Of a DNA stretch of 64,000 bases, positions 30,739 through 41,400 are shown piece by piece; positions within the stretch are counted from its first letter, which is position 1, and each line of letters starts with the position of its first letter. Position numbers and translations under genes: made by a program. Where the stretch lies: positions 53,342 to 117,341 of the forward strand of contig RCNO01000001.1 in the NCBI GenBank assembly GCA_003731685.1, in the 5' to 3' direction. This DNA is from Bacteroidetes/Chlorobi group bacterium MS-B_bin-24 (GTDB taxonomy: Bacteria; Bacteroidota; Ignavibacteria; Kapaibacteriales; UBA2268). The notes below the pieces were generated by a model, which was given only the letters and a program-made list of their open reading frames with translations, searched no databases and had not been told where the DNA came from.

Positions 30739-31473
30739 TTAATTTTTACATTTCTTTGCAATTACTACAATAGATAATCCAAAAGGAAATCGAAAAATGG
30801 GCAAGATATACTTCTCGAATTCAAATATCTTTCGAAACACTTTATTCAAAAAATCTGACACAGGTTCAACAGGTGGAGTATCTTCTAATTTCTTCTTCTT
30901 TCCAAATATTCTTTTTAATACAGCAGGTAAAAACAGAAAAAAATTAAAGTAGGAAATAAAAACCACCTTAAAGCCTGCAAATTCGAGCAGGTTCTTCAAT
31001 TGTTTTTTCGTATACCTACGCCAATGCATATGCAAAATGTCGTGATTGCTCCAAAGCCAAGAAAAAGCAGGAACGGTCACAATCAAAAAACCACCGTCGG
31101 TCAGCAAAGCACGAAGTTTTTGAACAACTTCCTTGTCATCTTCTATATGCTCGATTACATCGAGGGCAAAGATTGCCTTTACAGGTGTTCTATTAGCAAT
31201 AAAATCATCTATAGAACCAAGGAAAAGATTATTCAGCCCCCGCTTACGACAAAAATCTATTGCAATTGGCGAGGTATCGAGCCCAATAACATTGAAATGG
31301 TTGCTAATCAAATTGGCAAAACCACCTGTACCACAACCAAAATCGAGCACAATATCTTCTTTATTTATATCAGCATATTTCAATGTTAAATGAAGAACAA
31401 TATTGTTGCGAGCTACAAACCACCAATATTTATCCTCTAACTCATAATTAACTTTATAAACATTTTCAAACAT
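30739..31473 (-). CDS. class I SAM-dependent methyltransferase
   Basis: 244 aa. Motif I LDFGCGTGG. Lies 3 bp downstream of YfhO on the same strand. Confidence 0.7.
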   Translation of the reverse strand: MFENVYKVNYELEDKYWWFVARNNIVLHLTLKYADINKEDIVLDFGCGTGGFANLISNHFNVIGLDTSPIAIDFCRKRGLNNLFLGSIDDFIANRTPVKAIFALDVIEHIEDDKEVVQKLRALLTDGGFLIVTVPAFSWLWSNHDILHMHWRRYTKKQLKNLLEFAGFKVVFISYFNFFLFLPAVLKRIFGKKKKLEDTPPVEPVSDFLNKVFRKIFEFEKYILPIFRFPFGLSIVVIAKKCKN

Positions 31474-31600
31474 TATGAATAAAATTCATTTTTTAGAAAA
31501 TGGAAATTAATCTTATTAATCAAATAAAACAAATAAGTGTTTTAAATGAATTTTTGGTTAAAGGAATTGGATTGAAAGTCTAAATAATTAATGAACTTTA

Positions 31601-32989
31601 TTAATCGAATTTCCACTCTTTTTGCTTTCGCAATCTTGTTTCCAATCCTTTTTCTTTGAGGATTTTAGCAATTTCTTCTTTGGATAAACGTGGAAATATA
31701 ATCTTTGATTTAGCCAAAGTATAAATCAGATAGGATAATACAGCCGAGGCATTTGAAATGTACTTTTTGTTCACTTTGTCGAAGGTATCCCCAAAATCGT
31801 GATAATGATGGTACATTGATTCATCCATCCATCCCAAAGGAGTTATAACTGGAATACCTTCGAACATAAAATACATATGGTCGCTATTTGTCCAAGGTTG
31901 ACTTACGACTCCGCCTTTTAGCCAGTAGCCATCTAATTGATTGACCACAGCATTCACAATAGAGTCAAGGAAATTGAACCCCATAATGTTGAAGCCGGTC
32001 GGGTCGCCCGGCATATCGAGATTTATTGCAAGAGCGACTTCGTCTTTATGCTTTTCAACATATCTTTTCGACCCCCACAAGCCTAGTTCCTCTGCATTGA
32101 ACCAAACCAACTCAATCGTATATTCATATTCTTTAAATCTGGACAAATTGCGAGCAATTTCGTACAGCACAGCAATCCCAACACCGTTATCCACAGCCCC
32201 TTGGCTTATGTCCCAAGAATCGAAATGTGCTCCAACAACAATCTTCTTTTTGGATTTTCCGGGGATTGTAAGAACAGCGTTGGCAGATTCAACCGTTGTG
32301 CAGAATGAATTGCTTTTGATTCTAACACGTGGAACTTTCCCGTCGGATAATAGCCTTTTCAACATCTGACCATCTTCGTTAGTAATGCTAAATGCTGGGA
32401 TTAGATTTGGATTTCCAAGAAAATTGCCAACACCAGCCAAAACAAGACCACCGGGTTTATCGTTCATAAAGAGAATTGCTATCGCACCTTTCTGGCTTGC
32501 AATTTCAATAGCCTCATAACGAAGTAATTCCTCCCGATTCTTGGGACGTTCCTGCGAAACTAACACAATCTTGCCACTTGCATCAATATTTGCATAATCA
32601 TCCAAAAACCCATAATTTGCAAACACCACCTCGCTTTCCAAAACCTGAGTCGTCGGATTAAACCCTAAACCAACACTTCTCAATTGCTTAACGAAAGGAA
32701 AAAGCAAAACAACTGAATCGTTTGAACGGAACCAACCCGGGAAAATAAACTTCTCAAGGGAAATTTGTATATTATCTTTTTCCCCTTCTTCTTGCAAAAT
32801 TTTAAGAGCCTTTTCGTTTGCAACTGTTCCAGCAAGCCTTCCGCCTGCTTCGTCGCAAATCCGTCGCAAAACCTCATATCCCCGGTTCTGAAAATACGAA
32901 AACGAGATAATACTTGCATAGTCTGAATTCTGGGCAAATAAATATTTGCCAAACCAAAGAAGTATAAAAAAGAACAAAAACTTTTTCAA
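31601..32989 (-). CDS. M28 family zinc peptidase with PA domain, secreted
   Basis: Signal peptide. M28 metal-ligand blocks (GAHFDSW, DNGVG, NAEELGLWGS, DMPGD). Confidence 0.7.
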   Translation of the reverse strand: MKKFLFFFILLWFGKYLFAQNSDYASIISFSYFQNRGYEVLRRICDEAGGRLAGTVANEKALKILQEEGEKDNIQISLEKFIFPGWFRSNDSVVLLFPFVKQLRSVGLGFNPTTQVLESEVVFANYGFLDDYANIDASGKIVLVSQERPKNREELLRYEAIEIASQKGAIAILFMNDKPGGLVLAGVGNFLGNPNLIPAFSITNEDGQMLKRLLSDGKVPRVRIKSNSFCTTVESANAVLTIPGKSKKKIVVGAHFDSWDISQGAVDNGVGIAVLYEIARNLSRFKEYEYTIELVWFNAEELGLWGSKRYVEKHKDEVALAINLDMPGDPTGFNIMGFNFLDSIVNAVVNQLDGYWLKGGVVSQPWTNSDHMYFMFEGIPVITPLGWMDESMYHHYHDFGDTFDKVNKKYISNASAVLSYLIYTLAKSKIIFPRLSKEEIAKILKEKGLETRLRKQKEWKFD

Positions 32990-33393
32990 TTAACACCCTT
33001 TGAATTCAAAAACTTTCCAAATTTTTTGTCTTTAACAACAATATGGTCCATCAGCCAGCTTCTTAAAAAATTCATTATTTGAATAGTAAGAGGTGCTTTT
33101 CCAGCTTGATAGTCGTCAAAAAACCGCTTAACTTCATCCGTAAGTTTTTCGTGTTCGTAACGATGATTTTCATACTCCTCGTAGCCATACTGCACCATCA
33201 TTTCTTCTTCTGTTTTAAAATGGGTATTAACATAGGCTATAAGTTCTTTCAATACATTTCCCAGAACGTCCTTGCCTTTGCCAGCACTCATTGCGTCGCT
33301 CAGTTCATTAATGATTTGAACAAGTCGCTTATGTTGATTATCAATTTTTACGACACCTACCGAGTAGGTATCATTCCAGTCAATAAACGCCAT
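32986..33393 (-). CDS. hemerythrin-like (bacteriohemerythrin) protein
   Basis: 135 aa. H-x3-E ... H-x3-H ... H-x4-D iron-ligand spacing (HFKTEEEMM, YENHRYEHEKL, LMDHI). Confidence 0.7.
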   Translation of the reverse strand: MAFIDWNDTYSVGVVKIDNQHKRLVQIINELSDAMSAGKGKDVLGNVLKELIAYVNTHFKTEEEMMVQYGYEEYENHRYEHEKLTDEVKRFFDDYQAGKAPLTIQIMNFLRSWLMDHIVVKDKKFGKFLNSKGVN

Positions 33394-33569
33394 AATAAGA
33401 CCTCCTAATTAATTACTAAAAATCAAAATTACTAAAAAATTATATGCTATATTTCTTTAAGAACATATTTTTTAAAAGGAAAATAAAATTGTAAAAATTT
33501 ATTGTTTATTTGTATTGAAACTAAAACATTATAATTTCGTATTTTATTTTTTCAAAAAATGAGGTTAAA

Positions 33570-35444
33570 ATGAATGGTTCACAAATACCTTCTGCACCAG
33601 TTCCACCGGGATATTATCCCCGAAAGCGTTCCCGCTGGTGGGTTCCCCTCGTTATAATTGGTGTAATAATCTTGTTCATTTTTGTTGTTTTTTTCGCTAT
33701 CTTATCCTCGATTGGTTCGATTTTCCAAAAGGAGCCTGTTGTTGTCAAGTCAAATTCTGTGCTTGTTATTAACTTGAACAACCCAGTCAATGAATATGTA
33801 GGAGAATCACTCTCCTCGGTTTTTTCGACCGATGGCAGTATATCTTTTTATGATTTGCTAAAAGGCATAGAATACGCAAGCGTTGACAAAAAAGTTCGTG
33901 GGATTTATCTCCGATGTTCTTATTCAATGCTGGGATGGGCAAAAAGAGCAGAGTTTATCGAGGATTTGGAAAAATTTAAATCCTCGGGGAAGTTTATTTA
34001 TGCATTTATCGAAGTAGGGAACGAAAACGATTACTTTACTGCTCTTCCAGCCGACAAAATTTTCCTTGCACGCGAAGGTGTTATGGAAATGAATGGATTT
34101 TCGATTTCTGCTTTGTTCTTGAAAGGCTTATTCGACAAAATTGGGATTGAATATTACGTCCAACAATTCGAAGATTTCAAATCGGCTGGTGAACAGTTTA
34201 GTAGAACAAAGTTTAGCGATAGTGCTCGCCTTGCTTACCGCGAAATATTAAACCAAAGGTATAAAGTTTTTCTCTCTGCTCTCGAGAAATACAGAAACAT
34301 TCCCCAAAAAGTTGCCCAAGAACTTTTGGACAAAGGAATTTATTCCCCAGACTCTTTGGTTAAATTCAAATTTGTCGACACACTTTTGAATGATAATCAG
34401 GCAAAAGAATACATTAGAAGTGTTGTACTTGGCAATAAATACAAAGGCGACACAACAAAAGACAAAGTGAACTTTATTAGCATTAAAGATTATTTAAACA
34501 GCGAAGAACTCACAGAATTTGAAAAGACCGATAAAGAAAATGCCATTGCAATAGTTTATGCTTCGGGACCAATTGTTCAAAGAACAGCGAAATCTCCAAT
34601 CAATATGGATTTGGAAATTGACCCGGACAACTTTATCAAAAATCTCAAAAAAGCCCGCGAAGACAAAAAGGTTAAAGCAATTATCATTCGCATCGATAGT
34701 CCGGGTGGGTCGGTCATAGCTTCCGATGAGATTTGGGAAGAAATCCAAAGGACAAAAAAGATCAAGCCAGTCTATGCTTCGATGAGCGATGTAGCAGCTT
34801 CGGGTGGCTACTACATAGCTATGGCATGCGATACAATTATCGCTCACCCATTGACACTTACCGGCTCCATTGGGGTAATTTCAATGGTTCCAAATTTCAG
34901 CAAAATGATAAACAAAATTGGTGTTACCGTCGATACATTATCGACTAATAAATCTTCTCAAGATTTAAATTTATTTATTCCCTTCTCTCAAAAGCAAAAA
35001 GATAAACTCGAAGATTTAGCCCGCCCAATTTATTATAGATTCGTTGACAAAGTAGCAAAAAGCAGGAAAAAATCGTTCGAGGAAACACGAGCCGTTGCAA
35101 AAGGACGAGTTTGGACGGGCGAAAAAGCAAAAGAACTTGGGCTTGTGGATGCACTTGGCGGGCTGAACGACGCAATTAAACTCGTTAGCAAAAGGATTGG
35201 TGTTCCAAATCCAACAATAAAAAGATATCCTAAACCTATGGAGGACATAGAAGTATTGATGAAAATCTTTTCGAAGAAAAGAGACGAAGCAACAGCAGTC
35301 GAAGGTCTTGCTGATATTTTCAATGTTATTCAAGTATTTCCAAAGGAAATTCATTCACAAATTTTGCAGATGATAAGATTTCAAAGCATTGCCGAAAAGG
35401 AATATGTCCTTGCTTTAATGCCATATATAATTTGGATTAATTAG
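33570..35444 (+). CDS. sppA: signal peptide peptidase SppA, 67K type (protease IV)
   Basis: 624 aa. N-terminal TM helix. Tandem ClpP/crotonase-fold domains with the catalytic Ser region (SMSDVAASGGYYIA). Confidence 0.85.
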   Translation: MNGSQIPSAPVPPGYYPRKRSRWWVPLVIIGVIILFIFVVFFAILSSIGSIFQKEPVVVKSNSVLVINLNNPVNEYVGESLSSVFSTDGSISFYDLLKGIEYASVDKKVRGIYLRCSYSMLGWAKRAEFIEDLEKFKSSGKFIYAFIEVGNENDYFTALPADKIFLAREGVMEMNGFSISALFLKGLFDKIGIEYYVQQFEDFKSAGEQFSRTKFSDSARLAYREILNQRYKVFLSALEKYRNIPQKVAQELLDKGIYSPDSLVKFKFVDTLLNDNQAKEYIRSVVLGNKYKGDTTKDKVNFISIKDYLNSEELTEFEKTDKENAIAIVYASGPIVQRTAKSPINMDLEIDPDNFIKNLKKAREDKKVKAIIIRIDSPGGSVIASDEIWEEIQRTKKIKPVYASMSDVAASGGYYIAMACDTIIAHPLTLTGSIGVISMVPNFSKMINKIGVTVDTLSTNKSSQDLNLFIPFSQKQKDKLEDLARPIYYRFVDKVAKSRKKSFEETRAVAKGRVWTGEKAKELGLVDALGGLNDAIKLVSKRIGVPNPTIKRYPKPMEDIEVLMKIFSKKRDEATAVEGLADIFNVIQVFPKEIHSQILQMIRFQSIAEKEYVLALMPYIIWIN

Positions 35445-35511
35445 CATAAATAAATTTCTACTATGGTTAATGAATTTGAGCAATTAATGAATTTAGAAAG
35501 GAATTGAATAT

Positions 35512-36594
35512 TTAAACCATAGAGCTTTGTAAATTACTATAATAATGAGCAACAACTTTTGTTATGCCCTTGCGTAGGCTGGTTTTCGGTTTCCAACCCA
35601 ACGAGAGGGCTTTGGTAATATCAAGAAGCTTGCGAGGGGTTCCTTCGGGTTTTGTAGTATCCCAATAGATTTCACCAGTAAAGCCAACGATGGATTTGAC
35701 CAATTCGGCAAGCTCAAAAATTGAAATGTCTTCGCCATAGCCAATATTCACGAAAGGCTCAGTTTCTTTTGCCGAAAAGTTTTCCATAAAATAAATACAA
35801 GCATCAGCAAGGTCGTCGACATACAAAAATTCACGCAATGCTTTGCCAGAGCCCCAAAGTGTAACTCTATCCTTCGTTATCCCAATTTTTGCTAATGTCT
35901 CAATCATCGAGTTTTGGGAATTAAGGTCAACCTCGTTATCAAGATTAAATCCAATTTTATGAAGCCTAAAATCTTCGCGAATTAAAGCAAAGTTTCCTTC
36001 GCTCAAAGCCTTTGCCAAAATAAATTTGCGAATCATTGCGGGAAGCACATGGGAAGTTTCAAGATTAAAATTATCGTTTTCCCCATAAAGATTTGTTGGC
36101 ATTAAAGAAATGAAATTAGTTCCATACTGAAAATTATAAGCCTCACAAAGTTTAATTGCACAAATTTTTGCAATTGCATACGGCTCGTTTGTCGGCTCAA
36201 GTTTTCCCGAAAGTAGAAAATCCTCTTTCATTGGCTGGGGCGAAAACTTTGGATAGATACACGACGAACCAAGATTCAATAACTTCTTCACTCCAAACTT
36301 AAAAGAACAATCTATTGTATTCAATGCAATAGCGAGATTATCGTAGATGAACTCTGCACGATAGGTATTGTTCGCAAGAATCCCTCCAACTTTTGCAGCA
36401 GCCAAGAAAACATAATCGGGGCGTTCCTGGGCAAAAAACTTTTCGGTTTCTGCTTGCCTTCTCAAATCAAGTTCTGTTCGGGTAGGGGTTAAAATGTTCT
36501 TAAATCCTAAATCTTTCAATCGTTTTACTATTGCTGAACCAACCAAACCCCTTCCCCCAGCAACAAATATTTTGCTGTTCTTATCAAACTTCAT
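35512..36594 (-). CDS. fcl: GDP-L-fucose synthase (GDP-4-keto-6-deoxy-D-mannose 3,5-epimerase/4-reductase)
   Basis: NAD(P)-binding [10 protein letters not shown]-x3-K (YAIAK). Sits immediately downstream of gmd. Confidence 0.8.
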   Translation of the reverse strand: MKFDKNSKIFVAGGRGLVGSAIVKRLKDLGFKNILTPTRTELDLRRQAETEKFFAQERPDYVFLAAAKVGGILANNTYRAEFIYDNLAIALNTIDCSFKFGVKKLLNLGSSCIYPKFSPQPMKEDFLLSGKLEPTNEPYAIAKICAIKLCEAYNFQYGTNFISLMPTNLYGENDNFNLETSHVLPAMIRKFILAKALSEGNFALIREDFRLHKIGFNLDNEVDLNSQNSMIETLAKIGITKDRVTLWGSGKALREFLYVDDLADACIYFMENFSAKETEPFVNIGYGEDISIFELAELVKSIVGFTGEIYWDTTKPEGTPRKLLDITKALSLGWKPKTSLRKGITKVVAHYYSNLQSSMV

Positions 36595-37741
36595 TTTGTA
36601 TCTCCGCTAATTCAGCAAACTTATGTTCTGTCCAACCCAATCCTTTTTGCCGAGCAATTCTGTAACCTTCGAGCTTGGGTTTTAAGCCAACAAGAAGCAA
36701 GTCGTAATCAATCATAATGCGAACCAAATCGGAGAAGCGAATTTGAGGTTCCCATCCAAGCAGCTTTCGGGCTTTCGAAGGGTCTGCAAGTAAATAATCA
36801 ACTTCGGTTGGACGAAAATATCTTTGCTTAATCTCGATTAAAACCTGCCCAGTGGAAATCTGGTTAGCCCACCGATTGTCGAAGCTTTTAACAACACCTT
36901 TCTCCTCTAACCCCGAATCTTTCCATTCAATTTCAATGTCGCAATATTCAAATGCCTTTTCGACAAAATCCCGAACGGAATGGCTTTCGCCAGTCCCTAT
37001 AACAAAATCGTCAGGATGGTCATATTGCAAAATCTTCCACATCAAGCGAACATATTCAGGAGCATATCCCCAATCTCGCTTTGCATCCAGATTCCCAAGA
37101 AAGATTTTCTTTTGTTTACCCGAAAGGATTCCAGCAATCCCGCGTGTAATTTTGCGGGTTACGAAGATTTCGCCCCTTCGCGGGCTTTCGTGATTGAACA
37201 AAATACCATTCGAAGCAAAAATCTTGTAAGCATTACGATAGTTAACCACCATCCAGTATGAATAAAGCTTGGCTATTGCATAAGGACTTTGTGGAGCAAA
37301 AGGTGAACGTTCGTTCTGCGGTGGCGGAGTAGCACCAAAAAGTTCGGATGAAGAAGCTTGGTAGAAGCGAGTTTTAATGCCACTACGGCGTATGGCTTCC
37401 AAAATCCTTGTAGTTCCCAAGCCCGTAACATTACCAGTATATTCAGGCAAATCGAAAGAAACACGAACGTGGCTTTGTGCACCAAGATGATAAATTTCAT
37501 CGGGCTGAATATTATAAATTAACTCTGTCAAAATCCCAGAATCGGAAAGGTCGCCATAATGAAGTCGTAAACGAGCGTCGGGGTTTTCGGTTGGGTCTTT
37601 GTAAATATGGTCAATTCTTTGGGTGTTAAAAGTGCTTGCCCGCCGAATTATTCCGTGCACTTCGTAGCCCATTTCCAAGAGAAACTCTGAAAGATAGGAG
37701 CCATCCTGCCCAGTAATTCCCGTAATTAATGCCTTTTTCAT
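36584..37741 (-). CDS. gmd: GDP-mannose 4,6-dehydratase
   Basis: 385 aa. [11 protein letters not shown] motif, Y-x3-K (YAIAK), high similarity to the Gmd family. Confidence 0.9.
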   Translation of the reverse strand: MKKALITGITGQDGSYLSEFLLEMGYEVHGIIRRASTFNTQRIDHIYKDPTENPDARLRLHYGDLSDSGILTELIYNIQPDEIYHLGAQSHVRVSFDLPEYTGNVTGLGTTRILEAIRRSGIKTRFYQASSSELFGATPPPQNERSPFAPQSPYAIAKLYSYWMVVNYRNAYKIFASNGILFNHESPRRGEIFVTRKITRGIAGILSGKQKKIFLGNLDAKRDWGYAPEYVRLMWKILQYDHPDDFVIGTGESHSVRDFVEKAFEYCDIEIEWKDSGLEEKGVVKSFDNRWANQISTGQVLIEIKQRYFRPTEVDYLLADPSKARKLLGWEPQIRFSDLVRIMIDYDLLLVGLKPKLEGYRIARQKGLGWTEHKFAELAEIQNEV

Positions 37742-37797
37742 AATTAAAATAAAATAAATTCTTTATAATTTTAAATTTTAAATTACAAAAAGTTGCA

Positions 37798-38415
37798 ATG
37801 AAAAAAATCATTACAATTTCGCTGTTTCTGGTGTTGTTTTTTGCTAATCTTACTTCCGAGGAGCAAAATGAAATGGAAGCAGTTATCGACAGCGATATGA
37901 CATTCGAAGATGCAATAAAAGGAACAAAAGCCCCAAAAGAAATTATCGACTCTTTGACACTGATTGACGTTTTCTACTACTCTTTTGATAATAAATTACA
38001 CAAAGGACAATTGGTGATAAACAAAGAGCTGGCAAGCGAGGTGACGGAAATATTTGAAATGATGAGGGCAACTAAATTCCCGATTGAAAAAGTAATTCCA
38101 ATATCTGCATATAACTGGTCGGATGAAGCTTCGATGGAAGCAAACAACACTTCTTCGTTCAACTATCGCACAATCGCAGGAACGAATCGCCTTTCGCTCC
38201 ACGCTCGCGGCAGAGCAATCGACATTAACCCACGCTTGAACCCTGTTGTTTACGAAGATGGCAAAAACGTCCCCAAAAATGGCAAATATGACCCAAAAGA
38301 GCTTGGAACTTTCCATCCAACTCATCCTATAGTTTTAGAATTTAAAAAACTTGGATGGCGTTGGGGCGGTGATTTCAAAAGCTACAAAGATTATCATCAT
38401 TTCGATAAAGAATGA
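37798..38415 (+). CDS. secreted M15 family peptidase (D-Ala-D-Ala carboxypeptidase/VanY-like)
   Basis: Signal peptide. M15 zinc-ligand motifs SLHARGRAIDINP and C-terminal D..HFD. Stop overlaps the next gene's start (ATGA). Confidence 0.6.
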   Translation: MKKIITISLFLVLFFANLTSEEQNEMEAVIDSDMTFEDAIKGTKAPKEIIDSLTLIDVFYYSFDNKLHKGQLVINKELASEVTEIFEMMRATKFPIEKVIPISAYNWSDEASMEANNTSSFNYRTIAGTNRLSLHARGRAIDINPRLNPVVYEDGKNVPKNGKYDPKELGTFHPTHPIVLEFKKLGWRWGGDFKSYKDYHHFDKE

Positions 38416-41400
38416 AACAAAAGAAAAGCCTGACAAAAGAACAAAGAGACGCTCTAAATCTTAATTTACACATTTCACTAAATGCAAATGCTGGCTCGGG
38501 GAAGACAAGCGTCTTGGTCGAACGATATTTTAGTATTCTCGAAAAAGCCATAAGGGGCGAATTAGATGTCTCGCCCGATGAGATTGTTGCGATAACTTTT
38601 ACCCGCAAAGCTTCTGCCGAAATGCTTTCAAGAATCATAAAACGCTTCAACTCGGCTTTCGAAACCACCAAACCCACTAATCTTAATCAAGAAGTAGGAT
38701 TAGATTATATTGAAAAAGTTAGAACTATTCGAAATAAGCTGACGAATGCAAGAATTTCAACTATACATAGCTTTTGCCTTCAAATACTTTCAAATTATCC
38801 AATTGAAGCAGATATTCCAGTGAATTTCCGTGAAATTTCGGAATCCGAAAGACTACAACTCCTTGACGATGCGTTCAACACAACTTTGATGGAATGGCTC
38901 GATTTCCCAGAAAAAAAGACCACGCTTGGTAAAATCCTTTCGAACATATCTCTTGCAGACCTGCGAAATCTTACACAAAAAGTCATCTCAAATATTGACC
39001 TTTGGAACGATTTACAGAAACTTTACAGCAAAAGTTTTGATGACTATCTTCAAGTCCTCGCCGAATTTTTTGGCGAAACTTATCATAAATGCTTCAACCT
39101 GTTTATCCAATTCTTCGATACCTTTTTCGAAACCTACGACGGGAATGAAAAAATCCAAGAAATCACTACTCAAATCGCTATCTTCTTAAGATATTCAAAG
39201 GAAGTTCTCCAAGACAAGGTAAATTTTTCGAATGCTCTGTTTGATTTCGAAACTTGGAATAACTACCTCAACTTCGTCAATGCAATTTTGACAAAGGACA
39301 AAAAGCCACGAAAAAGATATTTCAACGAAGAAGTATACGAGGAAATAGCATCTAAATCGCGAGAATTTGCAAAGATGTTCGCCTTTTTCGATAAGATTAT
39401 TAATCTAAACTCATTCAAACAAAAAGTCAAAGAGAAAAGCCCCGAATTCAACGTCGAACAACGGTATTTCGAAACTTCCAAAGCAATCTTTTCATTTATC
39501 CAAGATGTTAACAACAATTTCAGAAAGTTAAAGTATGACGAAGGATTTATCGATTTTTCGGATATGCTTATAAAAACAAATGAACTTTTCGAAAGACATA
39601 AAAATATACTTGAAGAGGTGCGAAATGGAATTAAATTTCTTCTTGTCGATGAGTTTCAAGACACCGACCAACTTCAATTCGATATTATCCGACAACTTGT
39701 TCCAAACGAAAAGAACATCGGTAAAATTCCCAACTTATTCATAGTTGGAGACGAAAAGCAAAGCATCTATTCATTTAGAAACGCCGATGTCCGAGTCTTT
39801 CAAGATGCAAAGTTTTATATTGTTGAACTTAACGATAACAACGAAGATGCTTGGAAACTTGATTTTGGGAAGCTTAAACTTACTCAAACATTCAGGCTCA
39901 AACCCGAAATCGCTGGATTCGTCGACAGGACAATTGGCAATATAATGTTACTTTCCGACGCCGAGCCATTCTCGGAATTCAACATCGATTATGAACCATT
40001 CGTAATTCCCGAAATCAAACTCCAACAATACCAAAACCCCAATGCACAGAAAGTCGCTCCAATCACTTTTCTATTCGAGAAAACAAAAGATGAATCAATA
40101 CAAACCGAAAATAGCAATGCCACCGAAAACGAACAAGAAAACCAATCCAATAATGAAGAGACTCCAAAACAAAGCGATTACAACAAACTCGACCTACTCA
40201 TTGCTCGACACATAAATTTTATTGTTGAAAATGATGAAGTTCAAATCTATGACAAAGATATCGAAAGCTTCCGAACAGTTAATTATTCTGATTTTGCAAT
40301 TTTAAGTCGTAAAATAAAAGACTTGGCTAAAATTGCTTCGGTTTTTGCTTCACAAAATATTCCATTTATCTTCCAAGGTAGCAAAAACTTCTTTTCGGCA
40401 CGCGAAATACAGGACATTATCTCATTTCTGCGATTCCTTGTAAATCCCAAAAATGATGTTGCTTTGGTTTCCATCCTTCGCTCTGTGTTTTTTGGATTTA
40501 CTGACGAAGACCTTCTAAATATTTCTACATCGACTAACGAAGTTCTTCCATTCTGGATTAAGTTAACAAATTACTTTAATATTCTGAAAACCGAAGAAAA
40601 CGCCATTGGAAATCCAGACTCTGAACTTTTATCAAAAATAAATTATGCAATAAATGTAATCGAGAGGCTTCGTCAATTAGTTTCAATTCTACCAATTAAC
40701 GAATTAATCCACAGAATACTGGTCGAAACTGAATGGCATAAAAAATTTCGTGGCTTTAAAAATTTCGAGCAAATCCTTGCCAATGTTGATGAATTGCTCG
40801 ACTACGCAAGGGAATATGTATCGCTTGGCTTTCGAACTATACTCGACTTCATTGACGATATCGATTTCATCTCGAAGTCTGGAATTTCGGACGCCGACCG
40901 TTTCGGTTTCGTTTCGAGCAATGCAGTGCGTCTTTTGACAATTCATTCCGCAAAAGGATTGGAGTTCCCAGTGGTTTATTTATACCGAATCGATTCCGAG
41001 CCACGAACAAAAGAAAACATCGACGTTTCGAGGCAAATTGGATTAATCTTTCCTATGGTTGTTTACCTTGATAACGAAGTTCACAAAGCTCCAACACTCC
41101 AAAACTTGCTTGCCTCGACACAGCTCGAAATTGAACAAGAAGCCGAAGAACTCCGCTTACTTTATGTTGCAACCACTCGTGCCAGTGATTATCTGATTAT
41201 TACTGGGAGTGTCGCTTTCAACGATAAAAATGAATGCAAAACCAAATACCATTTACAAAAAATTTTGGAAGCAATAAAGCTAAAAGTTGCTAATAAAAGT
41301 AGCGAAAGAATTTCTTGCGATTTTGAAATTAAAATTCTGAAAGAAAACGATATTCTCGAAAAAGCCAAGATAAATGTTCCAATCGATTATTATATCGACT

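Noticed and set aside
33394-33569. Direct repeat AATTACTAAAAA x2 in the divergent hemerythrin/sppA promoter region
   Set aside because: Very AT-rich region. Short repeats are expected by chance, and there is no palindromic operator-like structure.
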